64,000 nucleotides of DNA from Piedraia hortae CBS 480.64 (taxonomy: Eukaryota): the NCBI GenBank assembly GCA_010093745.1, contig MU005967.1, positions 248,001 to 312,000 of the forward strand. Reading direction: 5' to 3'. Under the pieces are notes generated by a model. The model did no database searches, was not told the DNA's origin, and was given only the letters and a program-made list of their open reading frames with translations. Position numbers and translations under genes: made by a program. Within the stretch, counting starts at the first letter, position 1. Each line of letters starts with the position of its first letter. Below are positions 53,509 to 64,000 of this stretch, piece by piece.

Positions 53509-55914
53509 ATGCGTCTGCACACGCCCAATTCGCTTGCCTATCCGATCACGGTGACGACGGTGCGATGCCGGCCGCACGATCAGGTTGCCCCGGGCTACGC
53601 CATGTTTGTTTACAAGTACCGGACGACTCAAACAGTACACAATGAAGACGGCGAGGAGAAGCCGCAGGAGTTGTTCGCCGAGTTCCAGAGCGAGGCCGAG
53701 GGCAAAGTGATGGAGCTGGCCGTAAGGGTTGGCCAGACGCTGACGAAGCCCACCTTTGTGGCCGACATTCAAGAGCCCTGCAAGCATGACATTCAGTTTG
53801 GCGGTATGTGCGCCGACTGCGGCAGAGACATGACGCACGTCAGCTACAACCAGTCGCGCCCAGATACCGAACGCGCCACCATCAGCTCCGCCCACGAACA
53901 CACAGCGCTCAAGGTCAGCCACGACGAGGCCACGCGTGCCGAAGATGACGCCAAGCGCCGGCTGCTGAACGCGCGCAAGTTGTCGCTGGTCGTCGACCTG
54001 GATCAGACCATCATCCACGCAACGTTTGACCCCACCGTCGCCGACTGGCAGGCCGACCCGGAGAATCCGAATCACGATGCCGTGCGCAATGTACGCAGGT
54101 TCCAGCTCAAGGACCACGGACCCGGGTCTCGGGGGACGTGGTATTACATCAAGCTACGGCCGGGCTTGCGCCAATTCCTGCAGCACATGTCGCGCCTCTA
54201 CGAAATGCACATCTACACCATGGCCACGCAGGCATATGCACACCAAGTGGCCGAGCTCGTCGACCCAGACCACAAGCTGTTCGCCAGCCGCATCTTATCT
54301 CGCGACACGAGCGGCAGCATGAGCTGCAAAAATCTCAGCCGTCTGTTCCCGGTCGACACCAACATGGTTGTTGTCATTGACGACAGAGGCGATGTCTGGG
54401 ACTGGACCCCCAACCTCATCAAAGTTGTGCCTTACGAATTCTTTGTCGGCATAGGCGATATCAACAGCAGCTTCTTGCCTAAGCGGCAGGAGACTGCAGG
54501 AAAAAAGGAGAACAAAGACGAGTCCGAGGCCAAGGACGAGGCGGAGAGAGTACAGGCCGAGGCCATTGCAGAGCAGGTCGCCGACCGGCCGCTGCTGAAG
54601 AAGCAAAAACGGCTGGAGTCGGAACAGGCTGAGCAGGAAGAGACGCAGCCGCAGGCCCCCGAGAGAAAGCGACATCTGCTCCAAGACCACGACACGGAGC
54701 TGCAGACGTTGGGCGAGGCCTTGCAAAGGGTCCATGACGGCTTCTTTGCCGAATACGACCGACTAAATGCAGCGCGCAGCCAAGGTGCCCAAGTCGCAGA
54801 GGTTAGAAGATCAAAAAGTCCAAAGCCTGAACAAATCCCGCACGCAGCCGACATCGTCGTCGGCCTCAAACATCAGGTTCTTGCCGACGTTCGACTGATC
54901 TTCTCGGGCGTCATCCCTCTTGACGTGGAACTCGAGAAACAAGAGATCTACATCCTAGCCACCTCCTTTGGCGCCGAAGTCGACACCCAATTAAGCAGCA
55001 AGACAACTCACGTCATCGCCATACCCGAGCGCAAAACGTCCAAAGTAAGACAAGCGGCGCGGAAGGGTATAGAAATCGTCGGCCCCCGCTGGCTACTAGA
55101 CTGCATCAGCGCGTGGAAGAAGCTCGACGAAGCCCCCTACCGAATCCACGAGGATATCAAAGCTGAAGAAGTCGACGGTCTTGAAGCCGCAACCCCCAAC
55201 CCGGGTCCGGACTCTCCTCCCGAAAAAGATGAGGCTCTTCCTCAATCTGAGTCGCCGCCCGTGGTTGAGAACCAGGAGGATTGGAGTGATATTGATGGCG
55301 ATCTGGCCGAATTTCTGGGCAGTGAAGATGGCAGTGACAGCGACAGTGAAGATAACGCTGGCGATGATGACGAGGTCGGTGACGGTGACGAGGACGGTGA
55401 CAGCAGTCCGCCCAAGGATGGTAGCAAAGCGAGTCCTATCCCGAACAACGTCGCTGAAACCACCAGCCCCAGCCCCAGCCCCAGCGCGAAGAGGAAACGG
55501 AGTGACGAGGAAACCGAGGAGCCAACAGAACCCCTCCACCCCAAAAAGCGTGATTCCGAGACGACTCGAGCAGGAAAGAGGATCAAATCCGAAAGTCCCA
55601 GCACAGGAATCGGCGAGAAGAGGAAACGCAGCGCCGACGAGGAAGATGCAGAGTCGTTAGAGATGCTTCGCCCGGAAAAGAGGGATGAGAAGCCTCGAGC
55701 GGGGAAGAGGGTCAAACCCGTGGCAATCCCAAAGGTTGAGGTGACTGATGATGCGGAAGAGGGAGCTACTACCGTTCTTAATGGGAACCATGAAGCGGCA
55801 TCGTCGCAACGGGATAAAACCGATGAGGAGGAAGATGACTGGACGGAGACGTTGAGAAAGGAGTTGGAGAAGGATCTTGAGAAAAATGAAAGAAAGGGGG
55901 ATGATGGTGGGTGA
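53509..55914 (+). CDS. FCP1: RNA polymerase II CTD phosphatase Fcp1
   Basis: CKHDIQFGGMCADCG, catalytic LVVDLDQTIIHAT, YYIKLRPGL, VIDDRGDVW and a BRCT domain (FSGVIP..TTHVIA..WLLDC..W). Confidence 0.95.
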   Translation: MRLHTPNSLAYPITVTTVRCRPHDQVAPGYAMFVYKYRTTQTVHNEDGEEKPQELFAEFQSEAEGKVMELAVRVGQTLTKPTFVADIQEPCKHDIQFGGMCADCGRDMTHVSYNQSRPDTERATISSAHEHTALKVSHDEATRAEDDAKRRLLNARKLSLVVDLDQTIIHATFDPTVADWQADPENPNHDAVRNVRRFQLKDHGPGSRGTWYYIKLRPGLRQFLQHMSRLYEMHIYTMATQAYAHQVAELVDPDHKLFASRILSRDTSGSMSCKNLSRLFPVDTNMVVVIDDRGDVWDWTPNLIKVVPYEFFVGIGDINSSFLPKRQETAGKKENKDESEAKDEAERVQAEAIAEQVADRPLLKKQKRLESEQAEQEETQPQAPERKRHLLQDHDTELQTLGEALQRVHDGFFAEYDRLNAARSQGAQVAEVRRSKSPKPEQIPHAADIVVGLKHQVLADVRLIFSGVIPLDVELEKQEIYILATSFGAEVDTQLSSKTTHVIAIPERKTSKVRQAARKGIEIVGPRWLLDCISAWKKLDEAPYRIHEDIKAEEVDGLEAATPNPGPDSPPEKDEALPQSESPPVVENQEDWSDIDGDLAEFLGSEDGSDSDSEDNAGDDDEVGDGDEDGDSSPPKDGSKASPIPNNVAETTSPSPSPSAKRKRSDEETEEPTEPLHPKKRDSETTRAGKRIKSESPSTGIGEKRKRSADEEDAESLEMLRPEKRDEKPRAGKRVKPVAIPKVEVTDDAEEGATTVLNGNHEAASSQRDKTDEEEDDWTETLRKELEKDLEKNERKGDDGG

Positions 55915-56003
55915 GTGTAGAATTCCAGCTTGTAATGTTTCATTTCGTGTGTTTGTAGGATCGTTGGTGCGTGGTTTTGTGAACTTCATACTGTGTGTCC
56001 TAA

Positions 56004-59000
56004 CTACTCATCCTCATCGTCGGCGTACTTGTTCGAGAACTTAACCAGTGATGTGAACCCTTGTTCGCACTCGCCGTCAACCCAGCTCCTAGGCACAAGG
56101 CTAAACTTCCCATCTCGAGCCCGAATGAGCCTCGTCCGTTCTCCCGCTCCGTCACCGGTAGTACCCTCTTCGGATATAGAACTACCCCTCCTCTCCCTCT
56201 GCTCCAGCACGTCCACGTCAATCGTATGCAGCGCCACGATTCTGTAAACTTTAATGGTCTTCTTCTGCCCGTGTCGTCTTACCCGGCCAATCGTTTGCGC
56301 CATGGCCGCCTTGTAGTGATACGCCGTTGGCTTGAGCAAGGGCGAGAGGAAGATTACGTGGTTCGCATTCTGCAGGTTCAGGCCCGCTGCTGTTTCGCTG
56401 CTTGCGTTGAGTATCAAAACTGTTGTTTGGGGGTTGCGGTAGAAGGTCTGCACCGCCGTGTCAACGTTTGTGGTGTCAGTGATTGATACTGCGCCTATGC
56501 CGTGAGATTGGAGTGTGGTGGTGAGGTGGTGAAGGAGGGCTTTGCCTTGTTTGGACTTGGGATCGTATTGGAGGAATAAGATTGCTTGTTCGTCTACTGA
56601 ACGTATTTGGCGAAGAAGAGTTACCACTGCCTCGGTCTTTGCGTTGGTTGGGCTTGGAGATGGCGGTAGTGTGCGGCCGAAGAGGAGGTTGTAGTGATGC
56701 ATGGTGCTGCTGCATTGACGGGCTGGACATTTGTAGCCGCGCCCTGCATCAATCTTTTTCCAGCATGTTTCGCAGACGACGTGGCCACACACTGCTGATA
56801 TGGCCATATCGCCCCTCTTAGCAGGGCAGTGTTCCTTATCACATTGGAGCCTGGACTGGAACTCTTGCAATCTCGCAAAGAACCGCAAAGACCGCTGGGC
56901 AGTTACCAATTGACTTGCAAGGCTAGTCACCACTGTGGTGGGGAGATGCAGGGCAGAGCGTCCTGTCCGGGCTTCTTCGTTCCCGTCAGAGTCCATGTTG
57001 ATGTCCTTGTCGTCTAATAAATCTCGCACCTTGCCAATCACTTGCTCATCGCCGAGGGCAAGGCCATTAACAGCTGTCCTCTCCCAAGCCAACAATCTGG
57101 AATGATCGTCAGAATTACGTGCTCGGCTAATGGCAGCGCGCAGGTTCTGAGTTAGTCGATCAACGTCTCTCTGTCGAAGGGATACCTGAGAATCCAGCAC
57201 CCCTTCAGTGAACGATGCTGCATTCAGTAAAGCTTCTTCTGCCGATGCGAGTTTATCCAATGCTTCATTGACGAGCTTCTCACGTTCGAGGTTGGTCGCC
57301 CTTTTACCCTTCCTCAGCTGCATCTCATGGGATATGAGGTGTTGAGATAGCTCCATGTACAATGCACGGTGAGCCAGGCTGAGATGGATTGGAAAAAGCC
57401 TGTCTTCCACGCTGAGCTCTTCAAAATCCATGGCATTCTGCCGAGCAAAAGTATCCAGGAACTGCTGGCAGAGCTGGTACATCCGGCAATGCAGCTTCGT
57501 TGATGGCATCTTCTGCCGGTTAAAATCAAATTTTTCAAAGTCGGTCATGTCCTTCATATGCTGACGTCGATTGGAGACTCGCATGCCACCCCTCATATCG
57601 CGACTGAATCGAAGAGGAAGGCCAATAAGACCAGCCATTTGCGAGACGTTGTACATGTCGCTGAGCGCAGGCGTACCGCAGAGACCCCATCGTTTGTCTG
57701 CGTGGAGACTTTTGATAGCTGCGTATTCTTTGGCATTGTATTCGTGGAACTCGTCCACGACCAGACGATTGAAATGGAACATCTCAAACAACGCACAATC
57801 CGCCCTTGTTGTATTGGACGCCTTGGGCTTGGACTTGTTCGTGCGCTTTTCGTTCTTTTTCGTATCTGCTTGGCTCCCACGGTAGCGTTTGGATGGAACA
57901 AAGGCTTTAAAGATGTCGTTAGCCACCTGCTGCTGGTATTTGTTCTCAAGGAACTTTTGGAACTCCTTGGTACCCTTCTGTTCCAGCATCTCTAGATGTT
58001 CTGGAATGCGCAAAGTAGCATGATTTAGCCATTCTGAATACGCCCGTCCACTGACAGTTGCAGGACCAGGCATAGCTGCAAACACTGCCAAGCGTTCTGC
58101 ATATGGCGGCGACGAGAAGATGGCTCGGTTCACGACAATCACTTTCGCTTCTGCAAAATCTTGAATTCTGTACTTGTGCAGGTCTGGGACTCTATTGACG
58201 GAGATGACTCCATCATTCCAGCCAAGCTTGTCCCTGATCTCACCTAGCCATTGCTCGATAAGTGATGCAGGACACACAACCAGAGTCGCGGCAGATGTCA
58301 TCAGTCCTCCCTGCTTGCTTCCCATAGAAATCGACTCATGCTGTTGCAGGGAGATTAGTGCTAGAGTTGTAACTGTCTTACCAAAGCCAGGATGATCAGC
58401 ACAGATGCCGCCTTTAGTCGACTTCAGGCCACTGGCTCGAACTTCTGCGCGCCAGCCAAGAGCAGGTAGACTTGCCTCTTCTGACTCTTCCATGGGGAAC
58501 TGAACGCCCGCACCCGACTCTTGCTTCACCATCCAGTTCAAGCATCGAAGCTGACAGGGAAACAAGTTCACTTTCAGGGGCGAGGGGCCAGTGTATTTCA
58601 TCTCCGTAGTTGGAAGCAGATGAAAAACTTTTAACGAAGGTATGGGCACCACCGGACTTGTATCGATCATCCATTTGACCGTCACGTCTTGAGCGGACGT
58701 GAGACGAGCAATTGCCCGGTGGGCGAGAGATGTTACGTTGATTCCAAGCTCCAGCAACTTCAAACCCTCTCCGTAATCACTGGTCTTCACGATGAACGGA
58801 GGAGGAAGCGACTTCATCGCTCTTTCGTAAGTTGCTGCTTGGCTCGATTCTTCGTAAGGGGAGATGGACAATCCGTCTTCACCAAACGACCACCGCAACG
58901 TCGGTCTCTGTGGTGCACAATTTGGACATATCACTTCCGAGTCAGCCACGGTCAGAGTCTCCCACTTCTCACTCGATATCTGCGTCCGCATAGCCTCAAA

Positions 59001-62000
59001 TGCCCACACATGTTCACGGAGAAAACGAGCATTGCTGGCCTGGTTTCTTTGTTGGTTGAGAGCCGGTGACATTGGCCCGCTAAAACCACTGAGGAGATGA
59101 TTGGTGTTGCATGATGAGAAGTGCGGTGCAACAAGAGGAGTATGCAACTGAACTTCCTCCTTGGTTGCCTCGAGTGTGATACCTTGGAATACCCCAGTCA
59201 AAAAATGATCAACTTGCAAGGTAGTGGAGGGAGATTCGGGCTTGTGCCAAGGCCTCCAAGATGGGTTAACGCGCGCAATGATGGGACGCACCTCATCATA
59301 CTCGACATAATCTTTGCAGTGTGTAAATACGAATGCGTCTTCTTTGACCGGCCCTGTCGACGTTGGATCCAAGAAAAGATAGATCGGTAGCCCACCTTCC
59401 TCGTCGGACTCCCTCACATACAAACTATTGCAGGCCATACTACAATCCGGCAAATGACGATAGAGTCCATCGATCCGGCCCTCGAGCAGGTGGCCATGGG
59501 CCCCCGTAACCTCAACTTCCAAGCGACCCGGTTGTGAAGGATATTTGGGGTCTGGGATTTCCATACGAGCCCACCACGATGGAACTTCTGGCCCGTTGGA
59601 TCTGATTCTGGCTTCAATGACACTGGCCGGCACAATCCTCCACATCCACTTCACACGGAGGAGAGAGTCAGTCACCTTGGCTTTTGCAATAGGCTCTCTC
59701 AGCCACTCTCGCAGTAAGCTGTTGGCTGGGAGTTTTGCATTCGGCAGCGCGTAGAGCCTCCATTCAGTGCCATTCTTTTCGAAAACGCACTCCAAGCGAG
59801 CATGATGCGAAAGGAATACCGCCGTCCAGCAATGCATCCGACGGATGCCAGAAAACGAATAGATGCCACCCAACGCCTGCTGCACCGCACTGGAATAGTC
59901 ATCAACCTGAACACATTTCGTCTTTGACTCAGGAGCAAGCTCACCCACGTCCCAACGCCCACAAAATACGAGGCGAAGCGGTAGACTGGACTTCAACTGC
60001 TCTTCGAAAATATGCGGTAGAAGACGACCGTTTTCTATCTCGTAAGGAGAATACGCATGATCCGGATTGCCACCGCAGGCTACATGAGTAGTGTGCTGGC
60101 AATGAATGCATATCTGAACTGGCCTTATATCAAACCCCCTGCCGCCCTCGCAATGGCAAACTCGTAAAGTGCGACGAGCCGTCTCAAGCAACTTGGCGTG
60201 ATTGTAGTCAATATCGCCCAGTATTTGTGTTACCGAATGAGTATCGCATTGCTCCATTTCTGATTTCTCGATCATTGAAACGTCCATGGCAACAGACGAA
60301 GCGACTGGATCGATAAGAGCATGTCCTGTAATCAAAGCCGACAAGATCGCACAGCCAACTACAGTTGTGGACATGGCATTCCCAGCCAGGTCCTGCTGCT
60401 CTCGCTCAGTCTCAGTGGTGAAAGAGATCTTGTCCAAAGGAATACCCTGCAACATAAGCGCTTCTTCAGCCGTTAGGGCTCTAGTAAGACCGGATACGAA
60501 TGGTTGTCCATCAGGCGTTATGCAGCCACTGATGCCAAACTCACCGCCGTCGACAAAACGATCCACATTTTGTGAGAGATCCCAGATGCGGTGCTTGTAA
60601 CGCACATCATACCCATCCTCGCCTTTCTTGCCACCACCTTTGGCCTTTCGCAGCACACTGATATCGAGCATATCCAAGACCCGCTCTGGCTGCTTGCGAA
60701 ACCACGCGGCGCAGCCTGTATCGGGAGGCGTTATCGTACCGGATTCAGACCACCTTGTAAAAGGTCGACCTTCCCCAAGTCTACCATCGGCCCGTTGCTT
60801 AAGATGCCGCTGGGCAGACTGCGTCCAGTCGACCTCACGAAGGGGCTCGTCTTCACGCAGTTGGTTACGTACCGTAATCTGGTCACTTGGAATGAGAAAA
60901 GACGACACAGGGCTGCTAGCAAATCGTCGAAATTCAGCCATGAGGTTCTGGAATTTCTTGCCAAGAGTTCCGTTTGCTTCGTTCTCCTTGTCCCGGGATA
61001 CGTCAAAGCAGGCTAGATAGCCCCGCTGGCGCGTCTGTGGGATGTAGTAGTCTTTTGTAGTTACCAGCACGCCTCCGCATTTGTAGCCGATTTTCTCGTA
61101 GCAATCTATCATGGCACTCCAGTTGGCCTTTTCGACATTTTCAAACAGTATGATGGCGGGACGAAACTTACGGCAGTACGCAAAAGCGCCATACCACGTT
61201 TGCCCCGACTCGCCGCCATCCTGTATGCCCTTGCGCTTGTTGTTGAGCGCTGAATAATCCACACAAGAAGTTCCGGCGATGAGGATGTCCACATCAGTTG
61301 GGATGTCGGCCTTTGATCCATACGCAGTGGTGGCCATCGGACAGGTATCTTCAACGACTCTTGGGAACTCTGTGATATCACGGAATATCACCGGCGGTGC
61401 AAAGTTGCGTTCAATGTATGCCTGCTTGTATGGTTCAATTTCTGCCGAGAAAACGTGTTGGACCTCGATTGTCCCAAAGCCAAGCTCTTTCAGAGATTCA
61501 CTGATCATTTGCAGCGCCAGAAGAGGACTCTCAGTACCAGAGCACATGGTGGCCGCCCTCAGTTTGCTTCCACGGAAACGGGTCGTCACGTCCAAGATGC
61601 CCTTGTTGACAGCCTTTTGCGTTATGTCCATGAATATCTCATTGATGTCAGAAAGGGGAGGTAAGCTCATATCGATCCCCTTTGGCTGGTCTTTTGTGCG
61701 TGTCAACAGCCTCTTCAAAGCATTATCTGCAGCTATCTTCCTGCGTGGAGCACGCTTTTGTGGTGTTTCGTTTTCAGACTGGTAAATATCGAATGCTAAA
61801 GCTGGTGCTGGAGCTACAAGCGGCTCAATGGCAGTGCCATGCGAGGGCGATGAGGAGCTCAGTTCATACTTACCCCCGTCATTCACGACTACTTGTTTCC
61901 TGAGAGCCACGCGCGCAGGAACATGACTAGGCTTTTCTTTCTGAAGCTCGGTGGCATCATTCTCAGGAGGGACATTCTCGTCGCCAGGAGCTTCAGAAGA

Positions 62001-62105
62001 GTTGTCGGTTGTATCTTGTTGATCATAACGAGCTTGCTTTGGATAGGGGGCGTCCGTCTGTCCACTCTCTCGTTGGCGTTTTTGAGTATTGTACCCAGAA
62101 AACAT
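56004..62105 (-). CDS. DNMT5: DNMT5-type C5 cytosine methyltransferase fused to a RING-containing SNF2 ATPase; intronless, 2033 aa
   Basis: MTase motifs ATMCSGTESP, FSAEI, AGTSCVDYS, FENV, PQTRQRGY and DLAGNAM. SNF2 motifs GGICADHPGFGKT, TLVVCP, VVDEFH, GTP, AAGLNL and QTIGRVRRHGQ, with a Cys/His RING-like insert. Confidence 0.9.
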   Translation of the reverse strand: MFSGYNTQKRQRESGQTDAPYPKQARYDQQDTTDNSSEAPGDENVPPENDATELQKEKPSHVPARVALRKQVVVNDGGKYELSSSSPSHGTAIEPLVAPAPALAFDIYQSENETPQKRAPRRKIAADNALKRLLTRTKDQPKGIDMSLPPLSDINEIFMDITQKAVNKGILDVTTRFRGSKLRAATMCSGTESPLLALQMISESLKELGFGTIEVQHVFSAEIEPYKQAYIERNFAPPVIFRDITEFPRVVEDTCPMATTAYGSKADIPTDVDILIAGTSCVDYSALNNKRKGIQDGGESGQTWYGAFAYCRKFRPAIILFENVEKANWSAMIDCYEKIGYKCGGVLVTTKDYYIPQTRQRGYLACFDVSRDKENEANGTLGKKFQNLMAEFRRFASSPVSSFLIPSDQITVRNQLREDEPLREVDWTQSAQRHLKQRADGRLGEGRPFTRWSESGTITPPDTGCAAWFRKQPERVLDMLDISVLRKAKGGGKKGEDGYDVRYKHRIWDLSQNVDRFVDGGEFGISGCITPDGQPFVSGLTRALTAEEALMLQGIPLDKISFTTETEREQQDLAGNAMSTTVVGCAILSALITGHALIDPVASSVAMDVSMIEKSEMEQCDTHSVTQILGDIDYNHAKLLETARRTLRVCHCEGGRGFDIRPVQICIHCQHTTHVACGGNPDHAYSPYEIENGRLLPHIFEEQLKSSLPLRLVFCGRWDVGELAPESKTKCVQVDDYSSAVQQALGGIYSFSGIRRMHCWTAVFLSHHARLECVFEKNGTEWRLYALPNAKLPANSLLREWLREPIAKAKVTDSLLRVKWMWRIVPASVIEARIRSNGPEVPSWWARMEIPDPKYPSQPGRLEVEVTGAHGHLLEGRIDGLYRHLPDCSMACNSLYVRESDEEGGLPIYLFLDPTSTGPVKEDAFVFTHCKDYVEYDEVRPIIARVNPSWRPWHKPESPSTTLQVDHFLTGVFQGITLEATKEEVQLHTPLVAPHFSSCNTNHLLSGFSGPMSPALNQQRNQASNARFLREHVWAFEAMRTQISSEKWETLTVADSEVICPNCAPQRPTLRWSFGEDGLSISPYEESSQAATYERAMKSLPPPFIVKTSDYGEGLKLLELGINVTSLAHRAIARLTSAQDVTVKWMIDTSPVVPIPSLKVFHLLPTTEMKYTGPSPLKVNLFPCQLRCLNWMVKQESGAGVQFPMEESEEASLPALGWRAEVRASGLKSTKGGICADHPGFGKTVTTLALISLQQHESISMGSKQGGLMTSAATLVVCPASLIEQWLGEIRDKLGWNDGVISVNRVPDLHKYRIQDFAEAKVIVVNRAIFSSPPYAERLAVFAAMPGPATVSGRAYSEWLNHATLRIPEHLEMLEQKGTKEFQKFLENKYQQQVANDIFKAFVPSKRYRGSQADTKKNEKRTNKSKPKASNTTRADCALFEMFHFNRLVVDEFHEYNAKEYAAIKSLHADKRWGLCGTPALSDMYNVSQMAGLIGLPLRFSRDMRGGMRVSNRRQHMKDMTDFEKFDFNRQKMPSTKLHCRMYQLCQQFLDTFARQNAMDFEELSVEDRLFPIHLSLAHRALYMELSQHLISHEMQLRKGKRATNLEREKLVNEALDKLASAEEALLNAASFTEGVLDSQVSLRQRDVDRLTQNLRAAISRARNSDDHSRLLAWERTAVNGLALGDEQVIGKVRDLLDDKDINMDSDGNEEARTGRSALHLPTTVVTSLASQLVTAQRSLRFFARLQEFQSRLQCDKEHCPAKRGDMAISAVCGHVVCETCWKKIDAGRGYKCPARQCSSTMHHYNLLFGRTLPPSPSPTNAKTEAVVTLLRQIRSVDEQAILFLQYDPKSKQGKALLHHLTTTLQSHGIGAVSITDTTNVDTAVQTFYRNPQTTVLILNASSETAAGLNLQNANHVIFLSPLLKPTAYHYKAAMAQTIGRVRRHGQKKTIKVYRIVALHTIDVDVLEQRERRGSSISEEGTTGDGAGERTRLIRARDGKFSLVPRSWVDGECEQGFTSLVKFSNKYADDEDE

Positions 62106-64000
62106 TGGAAAAGAACGCTAGTCGTGAGATTGGAGGGAGGAAGGTTAGACAAGGTAAGGTAAAGAGTAGAAGGGATGTGCGAATGATTTGCGGGTAGAGT
62201 GCAAGGTATGGTATATAGTTCGGTGCAATGCGTTGTTGGGTTCTCCTAAGGCGAGTAACACGGGGTGACAACAAGAGCTCCATTGAGCACACGTGTTGTT
62301 TATTCACTTCGCGGGCCCTGTGCACTGTTTTGTGAATGTCCTGATAGTGTTGCCATTGCAACGATCCATAGCTTCCCCTTGGAGTTCACCCAGTGGTCCA
62401 AAGACAAAACATTGATGTGAACAATGCCCTGCAGTCCAGTTAATTTGGAATTGGGACCAACAATCGGTTCGCGTAAAAGTATAAACTGTCAGCATCTACA
62501 CCCTCCCGAGCGCTTCCTAGGGAGCAAGAGAAGATGCTGTCAGTAAGAGAGTTCTATGTGCTCCTTCACGTCATGTGTAAAGTTGTCTTGGATTATCGTC
62601 CTATATGCTCTCACGTCAATGGTCAAACAAAGATTCCAGGGCTTTGGCGCCGATCTAATTGAAGCCTTATCATGTTCACTCGTCTTTACCGGAGGAAGTA
62701 ACAATGATTGGGATATAGAGTCGAACATGAATCTAGCGGACACTGAATACAGCGGATTACCCTTTGCAGCAGACTGTCAGCACCTCTAATCTGGTCTTCA
62801 CGCACCTGTAAGCACCTAGCATCGGCATACCCGCCTGATGTATTCAGATTCGACCGTACATTCTTTAGCTTATGGTATTAAGCTTGTCACAAACTTCAAC
62901 TCCAACAGAGGATGATCTCGATTGAAATCACTACATAGTTCACGTCATGTCCATAGTGGACGCCGTAGCCATTATCCTGATGCTTATTGCGGTTTCATGA
63001 CATTAACAGCCTGAAGATGGCGTGCAAAGGCCGCCCGTTGCTCTGCCAGGATTGTTTGGTTGTTGAACAATCATTGCGGGTTAATTTTCCGACGTGAAGT
63101 CGGAGAAATGACGTCACGGCACAGGCTGTGACTCGTGAAGCACCAAAATGTTCGTAAAATTCAGGCGGGAACATGGCAGGTTGTGATCCGAACGAAAAAC
63201 GATCGCTCCCCTGTGTGTTTCACTCAGCTCCCTTGGTACTCAAATACAATCTTGCCACTATTTGATCTTTTCCAACATTGCCAATACGAGGTAAGAAACG
63301 AGGCTGGAACAAGACTCTCATTGCCTCAATAATGCTGCAGCTTCTGATGCTATAGATTCCTGGTATTAGCGACAGGAATATTAGGTAGTATTTTGAGCAG
63401 CAGAAATTGGTACCGGCCAATGTATCGACGACTACCATCATTAGCATTACCTAATATAGATTCTTTCAGTCCTCGCCAACTCCCCCCTTTAGTTGGGATG
63501 AATCAGTAGAAATCTTCCCCACTGCGTGCACATCCCTGCACAGTTTTGATCACCACTTCAAACGCAAATAGCACCACACACAACCACTCTACATAGATAT
63601 GTACTATATTTTTCGAAAGCGCTTGCTCTAAGGTTTCATGTGGTACCATTGTTAACGGTTAGCGATTCCATCGGAAGCGGGAATGTTGCGATTTAATTTT
63701 GTAGAACACTCGCGGTAAAGGGAATTGAATACAGTCTTCTAAAAAGTACAAGAGTATTGGGAGCCAGCCCATACTTACTACGACGCCCGAAATCCAGAAA
63801 ACCTGTTTCTGGGAGACTTAAGCTTGTTTGTGTGCGACGCATGCATGACGTCATTCATCAACAAACAATTTATGCCAAAATGCGGTCTCGCACACATGAC
63901 GGCCGTACGCCCATCTCTGGGCCAAGGAGTATGAGGCACCGACCGTTACAATCTTGAAGATCTTGGACTTCCTGTTCACCTTATTTGAGGTGCGCGCGAC

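Noticed and set aside
29880..62105. RAD3, RAD54, FCP1 and DNMT5 as a functional DNA-metabolism cluster
   Set aside because: They are interspersed with unrelated housekeeping genes, which is expected by chance in a gene-dense fungal chromosome.
1..64000. CRISPR arrays, rRNA genes, intact transposons
   Set aside because: No regularly spaced repeats, rRNA-like sequence, transposase/RT ORFs or terminal repeats were recognised.

Overview
Gene-dense eukaryotic DNA from a filamentous ascomycete. The proteins look Pezizomycotina/Dothideomycete-like, which is an inference only. The genome is very compact, with GT-AG introns of about 42-53 nt and many intergenic gaps under 150 nt. About 30 mostly housekeeping genes are supported: FMN1, GH17, PCM1, a C-terminally short UTP6, CWH43, an LRR protein, RPN3, SPC34, TAF12, GH16, VTS1, RPA2/RPA135, ARL8, an RCR-type PY protein, AP-1 beta, RAD3/XPD, NIF3, an M18 aminopeptidase, a METTL25-like methyltransferase, a Myb factor, RAD54, a bacterial-type ABC-class ATPase, SEC24, FCP1 and DNMT5. 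The standout is a 470-aa intein (21522-22931, minus strand) in the RNA polymerase I second-largest subunit. It keeps the class-1 Cys1 yet carries the full class-3 Trp-Cys-Thr signature, ends Gly-Asn, and holds an apparently decaying LAGLIDADG endonuclease. Other points of interest are a DNMT5 methyltransferase-SNF2 fusion, an RGG-tailed ABC-class ATPase, a spliced 55-aa microprotein that the ORF track misses, a duplicated splice acceptor in PCM1 and a degenerate 2.7-kb island. No rRNA, tRNA or CRISPR array was recognised. All calls were made by eye, without database searches.
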